Source of the DNA: Nemertoderma westbladi
Lineage: Eukaryota > Animalia > Xenacoelomorpha
Assembly (NCBI GenBank): GCA_032718475.1
Contig: JAUCBJ010008272.1
Span: forward strand, 1 to 64,000
Reading direction: 5' to 3'
DNA length: 64,000 bases
Position numbers and translations under genes: made by a program. A model generated the notes under the pieces. The model made no database searches. It saw nothing but the letters and a program-made list of their open reading frames with translations, and had not been told where the DNA came from. Positions 1 to 13,460 of this stretch are shown piece by piece (position 1 is the stretch's first letter; each line of letters opens with the position of its first letter).

Positions 1-830
1 ACGAGACAGTGCCAGTGACTTGAGAAAGTGTGAGACTAATTGGGGTTACTATTCCCAATTTGTACACAGTGTTACAACTCAGAAAACACAGGGCTTCCAG
101 AGTTATTTAACTATATTCGAATATATTACGTCGTAGTGTGTTTTTAGGCTATAAGCGGCGTTTTTTCATGTTACTTCCTACAGAACCAGTTAAAAGGTTA
201 TAACTTTCGACGGAGACAGTGCCAGTGACTTGAGAAAGTGTGAGACAATTGGGGTTACTATTCCCAATTTGTACACAGTGTTACAGTACTCTGCGTTGAT
301 ACCACTGCTTNNNNNNNNNNNNNNNNNNNNNNNNNAGATAAGCAGTGTATCACGCAGAGTACTGTAACACTGTGTACAAATTGGGAATAGTAACCCCAAT
401 TGTCTCACACTTTATCAAGTCACTGCACTGTCTCGTCGTAGTGTGTTTTTAGGCTATAAGCGGCGTTTTTTCATGTTACTTCCTACAGAACCAGTTAAAA
501 GGTTATAACTTTCGAGGAGACAGTGCCAGTGACTTTAGAAAGTGTGAGACAATTGGGGTTACTATTCCCAATTTGTACACAGTGTTACAACTCAGAAAAC
601 ACAGGGCTTCCAGAGTTATTTAACTATATTCGAATATAATACGTCGTAGTGTGTTTTTAGGCTATAAGCGGCGTTTTTTCATGTTACTTCCTACAGAACC
701 AGTTAAAAGGTTATAACTTTCGAGGAGACAGTGCCAGTGACTTGAGAAAGTGTGAGACAATTGGGGTTACTATTCCCAATTTGTACACAGTGTTACAACT
801 CAGAAAACGCAGGGCTTCCAGAGTTATTTC
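1..830. repeat. Tandem repeat, ~208-210 bp unit, overlapping the end of a LINE remnant and interrupted by the adapter artefact
   Basis: cagtgccagtgact recurs at 7, 217, 521 and 729. Confidence 0.85.
286..362. other. Sequencing/amplification adapter artefact: SMART-type oligo on both sides of an N-masked gap, followed by a fold-back
   Basis: 286-310 is the exact reverse complement of AAGCAGTGGTATCAACGCAGAGTAC; 311-335 is N; 340-362 is an error-containing forward copy (aagcagtgtatcacgcagagtac); 363-~437 is the reverse complement of ~208-285. Confidence 0.95.
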
Positions 831-1263
831 CAATGGGAATATCTGGGAGTACAGACTCAGACACTTTTACTTCTATAAAGTTATCAGGCAATACCCTGTC
901 ATTATTGAGGAGCTTTTCAAAGTGGGCTTTCCAACCATTGAGGCGATCGGCTGGTGATTCAGCCTTAACCTTGGTGGTTGGTTGGCTTTTCCGCCCAGTA
1001 AGCAGATTGATCGATTTCCATGCCTGGGATGATTGCCTGCTGTCGTCAGCATCATTGATGGCATCAACCTGTTGGTTTATTAGCTCCTGTAGATTAACAG
1101 AGTACTGCCTGTTCAGGGACCTAGATGCAGCCTTAACTGCATTCTTGGCCGCTGTAGTCTGTTTGAGTCGGGACTCTTTCTGCGCTTTATGAAGGTCATT
1201 TCGGCACTTCTGAATTTTGTTGTCAGTCCAGGGGGCCCTTTTCCTGTTTCGAGGGTATGGCAT
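793..1263 (-). mobile_element. Non-LTR retrotransposon (LINE) ORF2 fragment, endonuclease-RT linker region
   Basis: Translation AWKSINLLTGRKS...DRLNGWKAHFEKLLN resembles the W..IN.L.G / W..HF..LLN linker of LINE ORF2. Confidence 0.7.
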
Positions 1264-1504
1264 TATTTAAAACACCTTGGGTACCCATTTACCAGATTTA
1301 TTATACTAGCTAGTTTTTGCTATTTTTTTAATAAATATTATAAAAGAAGTGCTAGCTATAAATTTTGATAAATATTATAAATATTGTTAAATATTATATT
1401 AGAACACGTACTGTATAAGCTACCAAATGTTGATAAATATTGTTGTTCTAGAACATTTTTAGTAAAAAAAATTATCATACAACCCTTATTTAAAAAAATT
1501 GTTA

Positions 1505-1855
1505 CTATCGATATTTTTACTCTCGATATTTTTCAACATTCTATATTTTTCAACACTCGATATTTGTCAACACTCGATATTTGTCAACACTCGATATTTT
1601 TCAACACTCGATATTTTTCAACACTCGATATTATTACTCTCGATATTTTTCAACACTCGATATTTTTACTCTCGATAATTTTCAACACTCGATATTTTTA
1701 CTCTCGATAATTTTCAACACTCATTATTTTTACTCTCGATATTTTTACCCTCGATATTTTTACTCTCGATATTTTTTGAACTCTCGATATTATCGTTATT
1801 TTTCAACACTCTATGTTTTTACTCGCGTTATTTTTACTCTCGATATTTTTCATGT
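1505..1855. repeat. Degenerate minisatellite built on ACTCGATATTTTT(CAAC), ~15-19 bp units
   Basis: ctcgatattttt cores repeat throughout the interval. Confidence 0.85.
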
Positions 1856-1859
1856 TTTT

Positions 1860-2430
1860 CAATATAACCGAGAATAGATTTACTAAAGGCGGATTTAATT
1901 TTATGAATTTCTTTTAAGTTAGCAAGAGTGAAGAACGGGTCTATTTCTGTGAATGAGTATGTTACTAAAGGATATATTTTTATATTGAATATCTTAATGG
2001 CGGTGTCCGTGGATATTAAACGCAATAGCTGCAACTACCCAATAATTCCAAAAGCTTTCATATTCTTTAGCTTTATGTGGGTAGTGAATGATAAAGATGT
2101 CTTAAGGGTAACTCCGAGGTATTCGTAGTTGTTTACTAATTTAATTTCACCGTTTCCATATTTAAATTTATTATGTTTTCATATCGCCCCCCCCCCCCCC
2201 CCCCCCCCCCCCCTTGCGGAATTTCACTATCTTTGTTTTTGTTTTATTAAATTAACTTGCATACCATTTACGTTACTGTCCACCAGTTGAAAATAATGTC
2301 AAGAGCTGATTGGATATCTTTCCTGTTTCTTGAATAATATCACTAAGTCATCCGCGCAGAAGATGAATTTACATAATTAGGGATGCTAGATTTCTAAGAG
2401 CCACTGCGAGGTCGGCAATGAATATGATAT
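1860..2430 (-). mobile_element. Decayed LINE reverse-transcriptase fragment
   Basis: Minus strand reads FIFCADDLV (YADD-equivalent, ~2341-2370), TKTKIVKFRKGG, EYLGVT and KIFNIKIYPLVTY, with frameshifts and stops. Confidence 0.75.
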
Positions 2431-2827
2431 TAACATAATATATTACATGATATCATATTTAATTGATGGGGAGTTTACGTACAGTACACGGCTAATGAGA
2501 AAATATTTTGATTGTTAAATCCAAACAATTATTTCCGATAATTTTATCGTAAGATACACATTAGATAAATAATGAATAATGATTAACTATAATTAATTAT
2601 TTGTGCTTATAAGTAAGTACTGTACTGTATATTACTGTATTATATATATATATATTTATTATGTAACTAATTTATTAGATATTATATACTATCTATAATT
2701 ATTAAATTTAAATACTGGCATAAACATATACAATATGAAATCCCAGTTCCAAAATAGATTTTACTTTGATTCTTCTAGTAATTACTGTAGGCCTATACAA
2801 TTTAGTTGCGAGGTAGATATTTTTTGT

Positions 2828-3003
2828 TTATTCAGTAGCTTTGGTTACCGGCTTCTCCTCGAACACTTCGTCTTCAGTGACTTCGTACAGAGGTTCATCG
2901 TCACCCTCCACTTCTACTGGTTTAACAGCGTTCGCTATCCTCCTGGCCATTTTGCTGAACTCAACTTGCGCCATTGCTATGCACATTGTCATTATTGTCA
3001 TCC
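2828..3003 (-). CDS. K2P (TWiK-family) potassium channel, exon 3 (end of TM4 and C-terminus)
   Basis: Acceptor ...ttacttaacag|GG ATG ACA; the phase-1 join gives IYMILG-MTIMTMCIAMAQVEF, typical of K2P M4; stop at 2828-2830. Confidence 0.85.
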
Positions 3004-3167
3004 CTGTTAAGTAAATTAATAAAAACCCCAATAACATTGTCTCGTCGTTTATATTATTGGTAGATAATTGTCATTTTTTTTTTGCTTTGTACAATATACA
3101 GTAGGATGTACCTGATGTAGAACATTATAAGACGTGTGAGACTACAGTAGCATCCATTGGGCACAGC

Positions 3168-3696
3168 ATGATTACTGTAGGCCTGTTACCGGTACATGTC
3201 ACCCAACACTTACTCCCTTTTCAGCGACTCTATGATTACTGTAGGCCTGTTACCGGTACATGTCACCCAACACTTACTCCCTTTTCAGCGACTCTATGAT
3301 TACTGTAGGCCTGTTACCGGTACATGTCACCCAACACTTACTCCCTTTTCAGCGACTCTATGAATACTGTAGGCCTGTTACCGGTACATGTCACCCAACA
3401 CTTACTCCCTTTTCAGCGACTCTATGAATACTGTAGGCCTGTTACCGGTACATGTCACCCAACACTTACTCCCATTTCAGCGACTCTATGAATACTGTAG
3501 GCCTGTTACCGGTACATGTCACCCAACACTTACTCCCTTTTCAGCGACTCTATGAATACTGTAGGCCTGTTACCGGTACATGTCACCCAACACTTACTCC
3601 CTTTTCAGCGACTCTATGAATACTGTAGGCCTGTTACCGGTACATGTCACCCAACACTTACTCCCATTTCAGCGACTCTATGAATACTGTAGGCCT
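3168..3696. repeat. Tandem repeat, 64-bp unit, ~8 copies (K2P intron 2)
   Basis: atga(t/a)tactgtaggcctgttaccgg recurs at 3168, 3232, 3296 and onward. Confidence 0.95.
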
Positions 3697-5101
3697 ACCG
3701 GTGGTGGTGCAGCAGTCGGCGATTGTGGCCCGTTAAGTCCCTGTCGCGTTAGAGGTCCTTTGTGTGTTATGTCCTTTTATAGTTTATTATTGGTGTCCTT
3801 TTACGCTTATAGGGAAAGGAGCAGGTTACAGTGGCACATTATTCTAACCAAAACTATGAACGAAAGTTAACAGAACACGTTACAGTTATATATTTGAGTT
3901 GTTGTTTGTGTTACCGTAAATACTTAACACACAAAATGACAACCTGCTTATACGCAGTTGGCCTACATTGGGTTAGCTATTCAATTCATAGAACTCAGCA
4001 ACTGTATGTCAAAACAGTATGTTTAATTAAATAAATTGGATTTGAGCTGTTAATGCAACTGTGATTACAGTATTGACATGTAATTTATTGGTTTTGTTCA
4101 GAAATGTAAAAATGTTAACACGTTCGTGGGAACTTCGCGCAGCACGAGGCTCAGCTATGAGACACAAATTAAAATTGAGTGATTCTATCACAAATTCTGT
4201 ATTTGAGAATGTAACAAAACCACCATTCAATAAAATAAAGGGAGACAGTTCCTCCCCTTGCAACCCTCTGCAACACAACCCATAAATATGTACGATAGGC
4301 CTTACCAGTGCAGTACGAGAGATTGATGGCCTTTTTAATCTGCAATCCAAACCCATAAGTACGGCACCAGTATGATAGATTGATGGCAGGTAGGTATTGA
4401 CAGTGAATTTGTGTTTTATAATTAAGATTAGGGCTGACTCAATTTGTCAGAAATATTTACACATATCTTGTGCCGATCCCGATGTAAAGTAGTAATGATA
4501 TCGAAATAAAATTTAATTAAAAACAAATAAATTAATTTACATATTACATAGGTTAGAACCTGAACCGCAAAAAAACTATCCTCAACAGCCATAAATGTCA
4601 CAAATATTTTAGAATTACATATCTAAAGTTGAAATTTAGGCATTTTTATTAGAGACGAGAACTACAGTATATACATACGGGCCCATTTACTTTAAAGTAA
4701 ATAGTATATATGCGATATTTAATCTCCTCTTCTGAAATTATAAAAAATATTAAAAATAATAAACCCACGATAAATTTCAGATCGGGATTAGCTAATTCTG
4801 GCGTCACATTATAGTTTTGAATATAGGATATGGTTATTGTATATAGTGCTAGCATTGATGCACTTTGTTGTGTACTGAATTCCAATTTCTACAAATAATA
4901 AGCGAGGCGTAAATGATTGTTACCATCTGAGACCAAATAGCTTACGTGAAAAGCGGAGACAATACTTGCTGAACCTAGGCCTACATATGGCTGGGTGGAT
5001 GTGCTGTACTGTATTGTATCATACTACTGTATATACAGTAGCAGCAGTAATATGCGTAAATAGCCATTAATACCCAGTGAATTATAGATATAATTGACTG
5101 C

Positions 5102-6370
5102 CTAGACAGAGTATGAGTATAGCTGATGTAATGAGGGTCTAGACACAGTATGAGTATAGCTGATGCAGTGAGTGCTGTACTAGACACAGTATGAGTATAG
5201 CTGATGCAGTGAGGGCCTGGACACAGTATGAGTATAGCTGACGCAGCGAGGGCCTAGACACAGTATGAGTATAGCCGATGCAGTGAGGGCCTAGACACAG
5301 TATGAGTATAGCTGATGCAGTGAGGGCCTAGTCACAGTATGAGTATAGCTGATGCAGTGAGGGCCTACACACAGTATGAGTATAGCTGACGCAGCGAGGG
5401 CCTAGACACAGTGTGAGTCTAGCTGATGCAGTGAGTGCTAGACACAGTATGAGTATAATAGCTGTTGCAGTGAGGGCCTAGACACAGCTTGAGTATAGCT
5501 GATGCAGTGAGGGCCTAAGATACAGTATGAGTATAGCTGATGCAGTGAGTGCTAGACACAGTATGAGTATAGCTGATGCAGTGAGGGCCTAGACACAGCA
5601 TGAGTATAGCTGATGCAGTGAGGGCCTAAACACAGTATGAGTATAGCTGATGCAGTGAGGCCGCCTAGAAACAGCATGAGTATAGCTGATGCAGTGAGGT
5701 CCTAGACACAGTATGAGTATAGCTGATGCAGTGAGGGCCTAGTCACAGTATGAGTATAGCTGCATGCAGTGAGGGCCTAGTCACAGTATGAGTATAGCTG
5801 ATGCAGTGAGTGCTAGACACAGTATGAGTATAGCTGATGCCGTGAGTGCCTAGACACAGTATGAGTATAGCTGATGCAGTGAGGGCCTAAACACAGTATG
5901 AGTATAACTGATGCAGTGAGGGTCTAGACACAGTATGAGTATAGCTGATGCAGTGAGGGCCTAGACACAGTATGAGTATAGCTGATGCAGTGAGTGCCTA
6001 GACACAGTATGAGTATAGCTGATGCCGTGAGTGCCTAGACACAGTATGAGTATAGCTGATGCAGTGAGGGCCTAAACACAGTATGAGTATAGCTGATGCA
6101 GTGAGGGCCTAGACACAGTATGAGTATAGCTGGTGCAGTGAGGGCCTAGACACAGTATGAGTATAGCTGATGCAGTGAGTGCTAAACACAGTATGAGTAT
6201 AGCTGGTGCAGTGAGGGCCTAGACAAAGTATGAGTATAGCTGATGCAGTGAGGGCCTAAACACAGTATGAGTATAGCTGATGCAGTGAGGGCCTAGACAC
6301 AGTATGAGTATAGCTGATGCAGTGAGGGCCTAGACAAAGTATGAGTATAGCTGATGCAGTGAGGGCCTAG
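5102..6370. repeat. Tandem repeat, ~37-bp unit, ~34 copies (K2P intron 2)
   Basis: Unit ctagacacagtatgagtatagctgatgcagtgagggc. Confidence 0.95.
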
Positions 6371-6683
6371 AATCACGGCTTTTCTAGACTTCATTATATG
6401 AAAGATGATTTGGAGATACTGTATATTAATTAATGAGCAAACAATTATATTTCATCAAAATAACTAAATTGTATTTCATCAAGAATACTGTATATTCTTA
6501 GCACATCTAACATTGTTAACAATGCTAGAACTTGATCTACAATTCAAGCAGTATGTTAATGATGATGTTAGTGATTGGGTGGTTATGTAAAATACGTTCT
6601 CTCCATTAATTGAAATAAATTTACTCGAGGTCTATAAATAAATATACTTACCCAATTTGACACATACGAACTTACCAAGTTGG

Positions 6684-9473
6684 ATATACAAACTTACCGA
6701 GAATCATGTATACAGTACAAACTTACCGAGTATCATGTATACAGTACAAACTTACCGAGTATCATGTATACAGTACAAACTTACCGAGAATCATGTATAC
6801 AAACTTACCGAGAATCATGTATATAAACTTACCGAGAATCATGTATACAGTACAAACTTACCGAGTATCATGTATACAGTACAAACTTACCGAGAATCAT
6901 GTATACAAACTTACCGAGAATCATGTATACAAACTTACCGAGAATCATGTATACAAACTTACCGAGAATCATGTATACAAACTTACCGAGAATCATGTAT
7001 ACAAACTTACCGAGTATCATATCATGTATACAAACTTACCGAGAATCATGTATACAAACTTACCGAGAATCATGTATACAAACTTACCCAGAATCATGTA
7101 TACAAACTTACCGAGAATCATGTATACAAACTTACCGAGAATCATGTATATAAACTTACCGAGAATCATGTATACAAACTTACCGAAAATCATGTGTACA
7201 AACTTACCGAGAATCATGTATACAAACTTACCGAGTATCATGTATACAAACTTACGGAGTATCATGTATACAGTACAAACTTACCGAGTATCATGTATAC
7301 AGTACAAACTTACCGAGAATCATGTATACAAACTTACCGAGAATCATGTATACAAACTTACCGAGAATCATGTATACAAACTTACCGAGAATCATGTATA
7401 CAAACTTACCGAGAATCATGTATACAAACTTACCGAGAATCATGTATACAAACTTACCGAGAATCATGTATACAGTACAAACTCACCGAGAATCATGTAT
7501 ACAAACTTACCGAGAATCATGTATACAAACTTACCGAGAATCATGTATACAAACTTACCGAGAATCATGTATACAAACTTACCGAGAATCATGTATACAA
7601 ACTTACCGAGAATCATGTATACAAACTTACCGAGAATCATGTATACAAACTTACCGAGAATCATGTATACAAACTTACCGAGAATCATGTATACAGTACA
7701 AACTCACCGAGAATCATGTATACAAACTTACCGAGAATCATGTATACAAACTTACCGAGAATCATGTATACAGTACAAACTCACCGAGAATCATGTATAC
7801 AAACTTACCGAGAATCATGTATACAAACTTACCGAGAATCATGTATACAAACTTACCGAGAATCATGTATACAAACTTACCGAGAATCATGTATACAAAC
7901 TTACCGAGAATCATGTATACAAACTTACCGAGAATCATGTATACAAACTTACCGAGAATCATGTATAGAAACTTACCGAGTATCATGTATATAAACTTAC
8001 CGAGAATCATGTATACAAACTTACGGAGTATCATGTATACAAACTTACCGAGAATCATGTATAGAAACTTACCGAGTATCATGTATACAGTACAAACTCA
8101 CCGAGAATCATGTATACAAACTTACGGAGTATCATGTATACAAACTTACCGAGAATCATGTATAGAAACTTACCGAGTATCATGTATACAAACTTACCGA
8201 GAATCATGTATACAAACTTACGGAGTATCATGTATACAAACTTACCGAGAATCATGTATAGAAACTTACCGAGTATCATGTATACAAACTTACCGAGAAT
8301 CATGTATACATACTTACGGAGTATCATGTATACAAACTTACCGAGAATCATGTATAGAAACTTACCGAGTATCATGTATACAAACTTACCGAGAATCATG
8401 TATACAAACTTACCGAGAATCATGTATACAAACTTACCGAGAATCATGTATACAAACTTACCGAGAATCATGTATACAAACTTACCGAGAATCATGTATA
8501 CAAACTTACCGAGAATCATGTATACAAACTTACCGAGAATCATGTATACAAACTTACCGAGAATCATGTATACAAACTTACCGAGAATCATGTATACAAA
8601 CTTACCGAGAATCATGTATACAGTACAAACTCACCGAGAATAATGTATACAAACTTACCGAGAATCATGTATACAAACTTACCGAGAATCATGTATACAG
8701 TACAAACTCACCGAGAATCATGTATACAAACTTACCGAGAATCATGTATACAAACTTACCGAGAATCATGTATACAAACTTACCGAGAATCATGTATACA
8801 AACTTACCGAGAATCATGTATACAAACTTACCGAGAATCATGTATACAAACTTACCGAGAATCATGTATACAAACTTACCGAGAATCATGTATACAAACT
8901 TACCGAGAATCATGTATAGAAACTTACCGAGTATCATGTATACAAACTTACCGAGAATCATGTATACAAACTTACGGAGTATCATGTATACAAACTTACC
9001 GAGAATCATGTATAGAAACTTACCGAGTATCATGTATACAGTACAAACTCACCGAGAATCATGTATACAAATTTACGGAGTATCATGTATACAAACTTAC
9101 CGAGAATCATGTATAGAAACTTACCGAGTATCATGTATACAAACTTACCGAGAATCATGTATACAAACTTACCGAGAATCATGTATACAAACTTACCGAG
9201 AATCATGTATACAAACTTACCGGGAATCATGTATACAAACTTACCGAGAATCATGTATACAAACTTACCGAGAATCATGTATACAAACTTACCGAGAATC
9301 ATGTATACAAACTCACCGAGAATCATGTATACAATCTTACCGAGAATCATGTATACAAACTTACCGAGAATCATGTATACAAACTTACCGAGAATCATGT
9401 ATACAAACTTACCGAGAATCATGTATACAAACTTACCGAGAATCATGTATACAAACTTACCGAGTATCATGTA
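6684..9473. repeat. Tandem repeat, 24-bp unit (29-bp variants), ~110 copies, derived from the K2P exon-2/intron-2 donor junction
   Basis: Minus-strand unit TACATGATTCTCG|GTAAGTTTGTA matches the last 13 exon nt (one mismatch) plus the first 11 intron nt. Confidence 0.95.
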
Positions 9474-9973
9474 AATGGTGCCAAGAAGGAGGTAACCTTC
9501 ATGCTGAGGCAACAGATCTCCGAAACCGATGGTTGTTATGGTGATGAAACAGAAATAGAACGCTTCAAAGTAATTCCATTGGTCCTCCCACAAAGGGAAT
9601 GCGAACGCCCCAATAAGGATATAGATGAAGAGGAAACTCGCAGCCAACCATACCGGTATATCGTATTCCTTTCTCTTCCAGTAGGGCTCCTCTTCTGTTA
9701 CCGGCGATGGGAAACTCCCGTATGATTTACTCCCAGGAAGTTCCCCCCGCAACTCGGCTAGTTTCGCGTGTCGTTGCTGCTCCTTCATATCATAAAGTTC
9801 TTTGAGTTTTTTCTTCCTCCAACGCATGAACCGCGTGTACAATGTTTTATTCCATCGCGCTAAAAGTCGTCCGATGTCTGTGATGACCAATAGCATTATC
9901 GGGATTCCAATCACGGCGTACACCATGCAGGCTATACGGCCGTGCGTGGTAACTGGTACTATGTGACCATAAC
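9461..9973 (-). CDS. K2P (TWiK-family) potassium channel, exon 2 (end of P1, M2, M3, P2, start of M4)
   Basis: Acceptor cgaacag|GT TAT GGT completes TTIGYG; contains VYAVIGIPIML and YFCFITITTIGFGD (P2); donor CTC G|gtaagt at 9461/9460. Confidence 0.93.
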
Positions 9974-10069
9974 CTGTTCGACAAAATAATTATGGAAATT
10001 ATATTTAAAATAATTATGACATATGCAAGTTGTGTTACATACTGATATATAAAGAAAATGAAATAGCAG

Positions 10070-11915
10070 TGAAAACTAATGGAGTAAAAGTATAAGAACT
10101 AGAAAGTAAAGGTATAAGAACTAATAGACTAAAAGTATAAGAACTAATAGAGTAAAAGTATAAGAACTAATAGATTAAAAGTATAAGAACTAATAGAGTA
10201 AAAGTATAAGAACTAATAGAGTAAAAGTATAAGAACTAGTAGAGTAAAAGTATAAGAACTAGTAAGGTAAAAGTATAAGAACTAATAGATTAAAAGTATA
10301 AGAACTAGAAAGTAAAGGTATAAGAACTAATAGACTAAAAGTATAAGAACTAATAGAGTAAAAGTATAAGAACTAATAGACTAAAAGTATAAGAACTAAT
10401 AGAGTAAATGTAAAAGTATAAGAACTAATAGAGTAAAAGTATAATAACTATAAAGTAAAAGTATAAGAACTAATAGAGTAAAAGTATAATAACTATAAAG
10501 TAAAAGTATAAGAACTAATAGAGTAAAAGTATAAGTACTAATAGAATAAAAGTAAAAGAACTAATAGAGTAAAGTATAAGAACTAGAAAGTAAAAGTATA
10601 AGAGCTAATAGATTAAAAGTATAATAACTAATAGAGTAAAAGTATAAGAACTAGAAAGTAAAAGTATAAGAACTAATAGAGTAAAAGTATAAGAACTAAT
10701 AGAGTAAAAGTATAAGAACTAATAGAGTAAAAGTATAAGAACTAATAGACTAAAAGTATAAGAACTAATAGAGTAAATGTAAAAGTATAAGAACTAATAG
10801 AGTAAAAGTATAATAACTATAAAGTAAAAGTATAAGAACTAATAGAGTAAAAGTATAATAACTATAAAGTAAAAGTATAAGAACTAATAGAGTAAAAGTA
10901 TAAGTACTAATAGAATAAAAGTATAAGAACTAATAGAGTAAAGTATAAGAACTAGAAAGTAAAAGTATAAGAGCTAATAGATTAAAAGTATAATAACTAA
11001 TAGAGTAAAAGTATAAGAACTAGAAAGTAAAAGTATAAGAACTAATAGAGTAAAAGTATAAGAACTAAAAGAGTAAAAGTATAAGAACTAATAGAGTAAA
11101 AGTATAAGAACTAATGGAGTAAAAGTAAAAGAACTAATAGAGTAAAAGTATAAGAACTAATAGAGTAAAAGTATAAGAACTAATAGAGTAAACGTATAAG
11201 AACTAATAGAGTAAAAGTATAAGAACTAATAGAGTAAAAGTATAAGAACTAATAGAGTAAAAGTATAAGAACTAATAGAGTAAAAGTATAAGAACTAATA
11301 GAGTAAAAGTATAAGAACTAATAGAGTAAAAGTATAAGAACTAGGGTAAAGTATAAGAACTAATAGAGTAAAAGTATAAGAACTAATAGAGTAAAAGTAT
11401 AAGAACTAATAGAGTAAAAGTATAAGAACTAATAGAGTAAAAGTATAAGAACTAATAGAGTAAAAGTATAAGAACTAATAGAGTAAAAGTATAAGAACTA
11501 ATGGAGTAAAAGTAAAAGAACTAATAGATTAAAAATATAAGAACTAATAGAGTAAAAGTATAAGAACTAATAGAGTAAAAGTATAAGAACTAATAGATTA
11601 AAAGTATAAGAACTAATAGAGTAAAAGTATAAGAACTAATAGATTAAAAGTATAAGAACTAATAGAGTAAAAGTATAAGAACTAATAGATTAAAAGTATA
11701 AGAACTAATAGAGTAAAAGTATAAGAACTAATAGAGTAAAAGTATAAGAACTAATAGAGTAAAAGTATAAGAACTAATAGAGTAAAAGTATAAGAACTAA
11801 TCGAGTAAAAGTATAAGAACTAATAGAGGTAAAAGTATAAGAACTAATAGAGTAAACGTATAAGAACTAATAGAGTAAAAGTATACGAACTAGTAAGGTA
11901 AAAGTATTATAACTA
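10070..11915. repeat. Tandem repeat, 23-bp unit, ~80 copies, filling most of K2P intron 1
   Basis: Unit gtaaaagtataagaactaataga; period of 23 seen at 11221/11244. Confidence 0.95.
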
Positions 11916-11945
11916 TTAGAGATAGAGAATTTAAACAAAACTAAC

Positions 11946-12390
11946 CGATTGTTGTAATGATAGTTGCGCAGAAAAACAGCGCCCCTACCAGAGTCCATTT
12001 GTTGTCATCGGAATAAGAATAACCTAATTCGTATTCATTGAAAATCCGCTCCTCGAATATAGAGATCTCTATAATAGCGTATTCCTTCCAGCGCTCAACA
12101 TCATCTGTGAAGTTGACCTCCAACTCCTGGTATATCCGATCTACTAGATCTATTTTAAGTTGTTTTATCTGGTCGTTGTGCAGCGTTTCGGCGGGCCCTT
12201 CCAGAGTTATAAAGATTCCCGCCCCCACGAATGAGTACGTCACCAGTAGGCATAGCAACCCGATATGGCTACACAGGAGACGGGCGCAACGGGCCAGTAA
12301 ATGTTGTGCTGACGACTGATCCTGTATGGAAGAAGCTCTGGACACATTCCTGCTGGCGGAAGTGGACACCTTTTTTGGGGGCTGGGGCAT
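11946..12390 (-). CDS. K2P (TWiK-family) potassium channel, exon 1 (N-terminus, M1, cap, P1)
   Basis: HIGLLCLLVTYSFVGAGIFITLE...WTLVGALFFCATIITTIG; donor ATC G|gttag. The three exons sum to 1134 nt (377 aa plus stop). The true start could lie in a further upstream exon. Confidence 0.9.
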
Positions 12391-13460
12391 GTCATCCGTC
12401 GAGCATCACTCACTGTCTGCTCACTAGCTAATGACTAGCAGCGTGTTATAATGGAACCCTGGATCCAAATAAAAATAACCGACTATATTAGATCAGATTG
12501 GAACTCTGAATCTACTACCAGATACCTAGACTACCAAACAACAATGGATAACTAAATAGGTACGCGGCAAGGGGAAATTGCGTTTATTAATTTAATATTT
12601 AGTGGAGACGGGGGGGGGGGGTGGGGGGGGGGGGGGGGGGGGGGGGTGTCACATCTTGGTAAATTAGCAATGTTATATGTATCAATTAAGGAAGGGAAAT
12701 GAGCAGGTTAAAATGGCCCACTATTCTAACCAAAACAATAAACAATATCACAGGTTGCAGATTAATGTTGACTGTTATCAACTGATATTTGTGACGATTT
12801 TCTCCTGGTGAAGTATTTTGAATACGAGTCCTCCGCCAACCCTATAATGTTTTTGCGTGCCCGCTGATTTTGATTTTTTTAATTCGCACATGAAATCTAT
12901 AATCATAATTAATAATTAGTTCAAGCGAATATATATAGGGCTACCCTAGGGAAACTTAATACAGTTGTACAGTAAAACGCAGATTAGATTATTAATGTAT
13001 AATGTATAATATTCAAAAAGTATAGCACAAAAAAAGTATAGTGACCAATTAATAATAACAGACCAAATGTGATAAGGCTACCCTTACGGCTGAAAGTTAG
13101 AAAAGAAAAAAATAAATATAAAATATTGGTTTGTACATTTGGCCAAAGAAGTTCCACTTGAGGGGTTGAAAGATCGATCTGAAAATTATTTTGTGGACAT
13201 TTGAATAATATTACTAAGACAACCTGAATCAATACCATATGGTATACAATATATAATCGATCACAAATTATTGTACATCGAAACACAGGCATTGAGAGTT
13301 CTTTGGAGAGAAGAAAAACGAAGGTCGCCGAGAAAAAACATACAGAAAAATGCTTGATTGGTTCACATTTAACTCACAATAATGACGTGGTGGCATGACC
13401 GGTTATATTTAGTGCGTTCTATTTTTGTGCTTGTTTGACCCTGAATTGTAATCGTTTTGT

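Noticed and set aside
6657-9544. Long plus-strand ORFs (445, 420 and 740 aa)
   Set aside because: Translations of the 24-bp satellite; no unique coding content.
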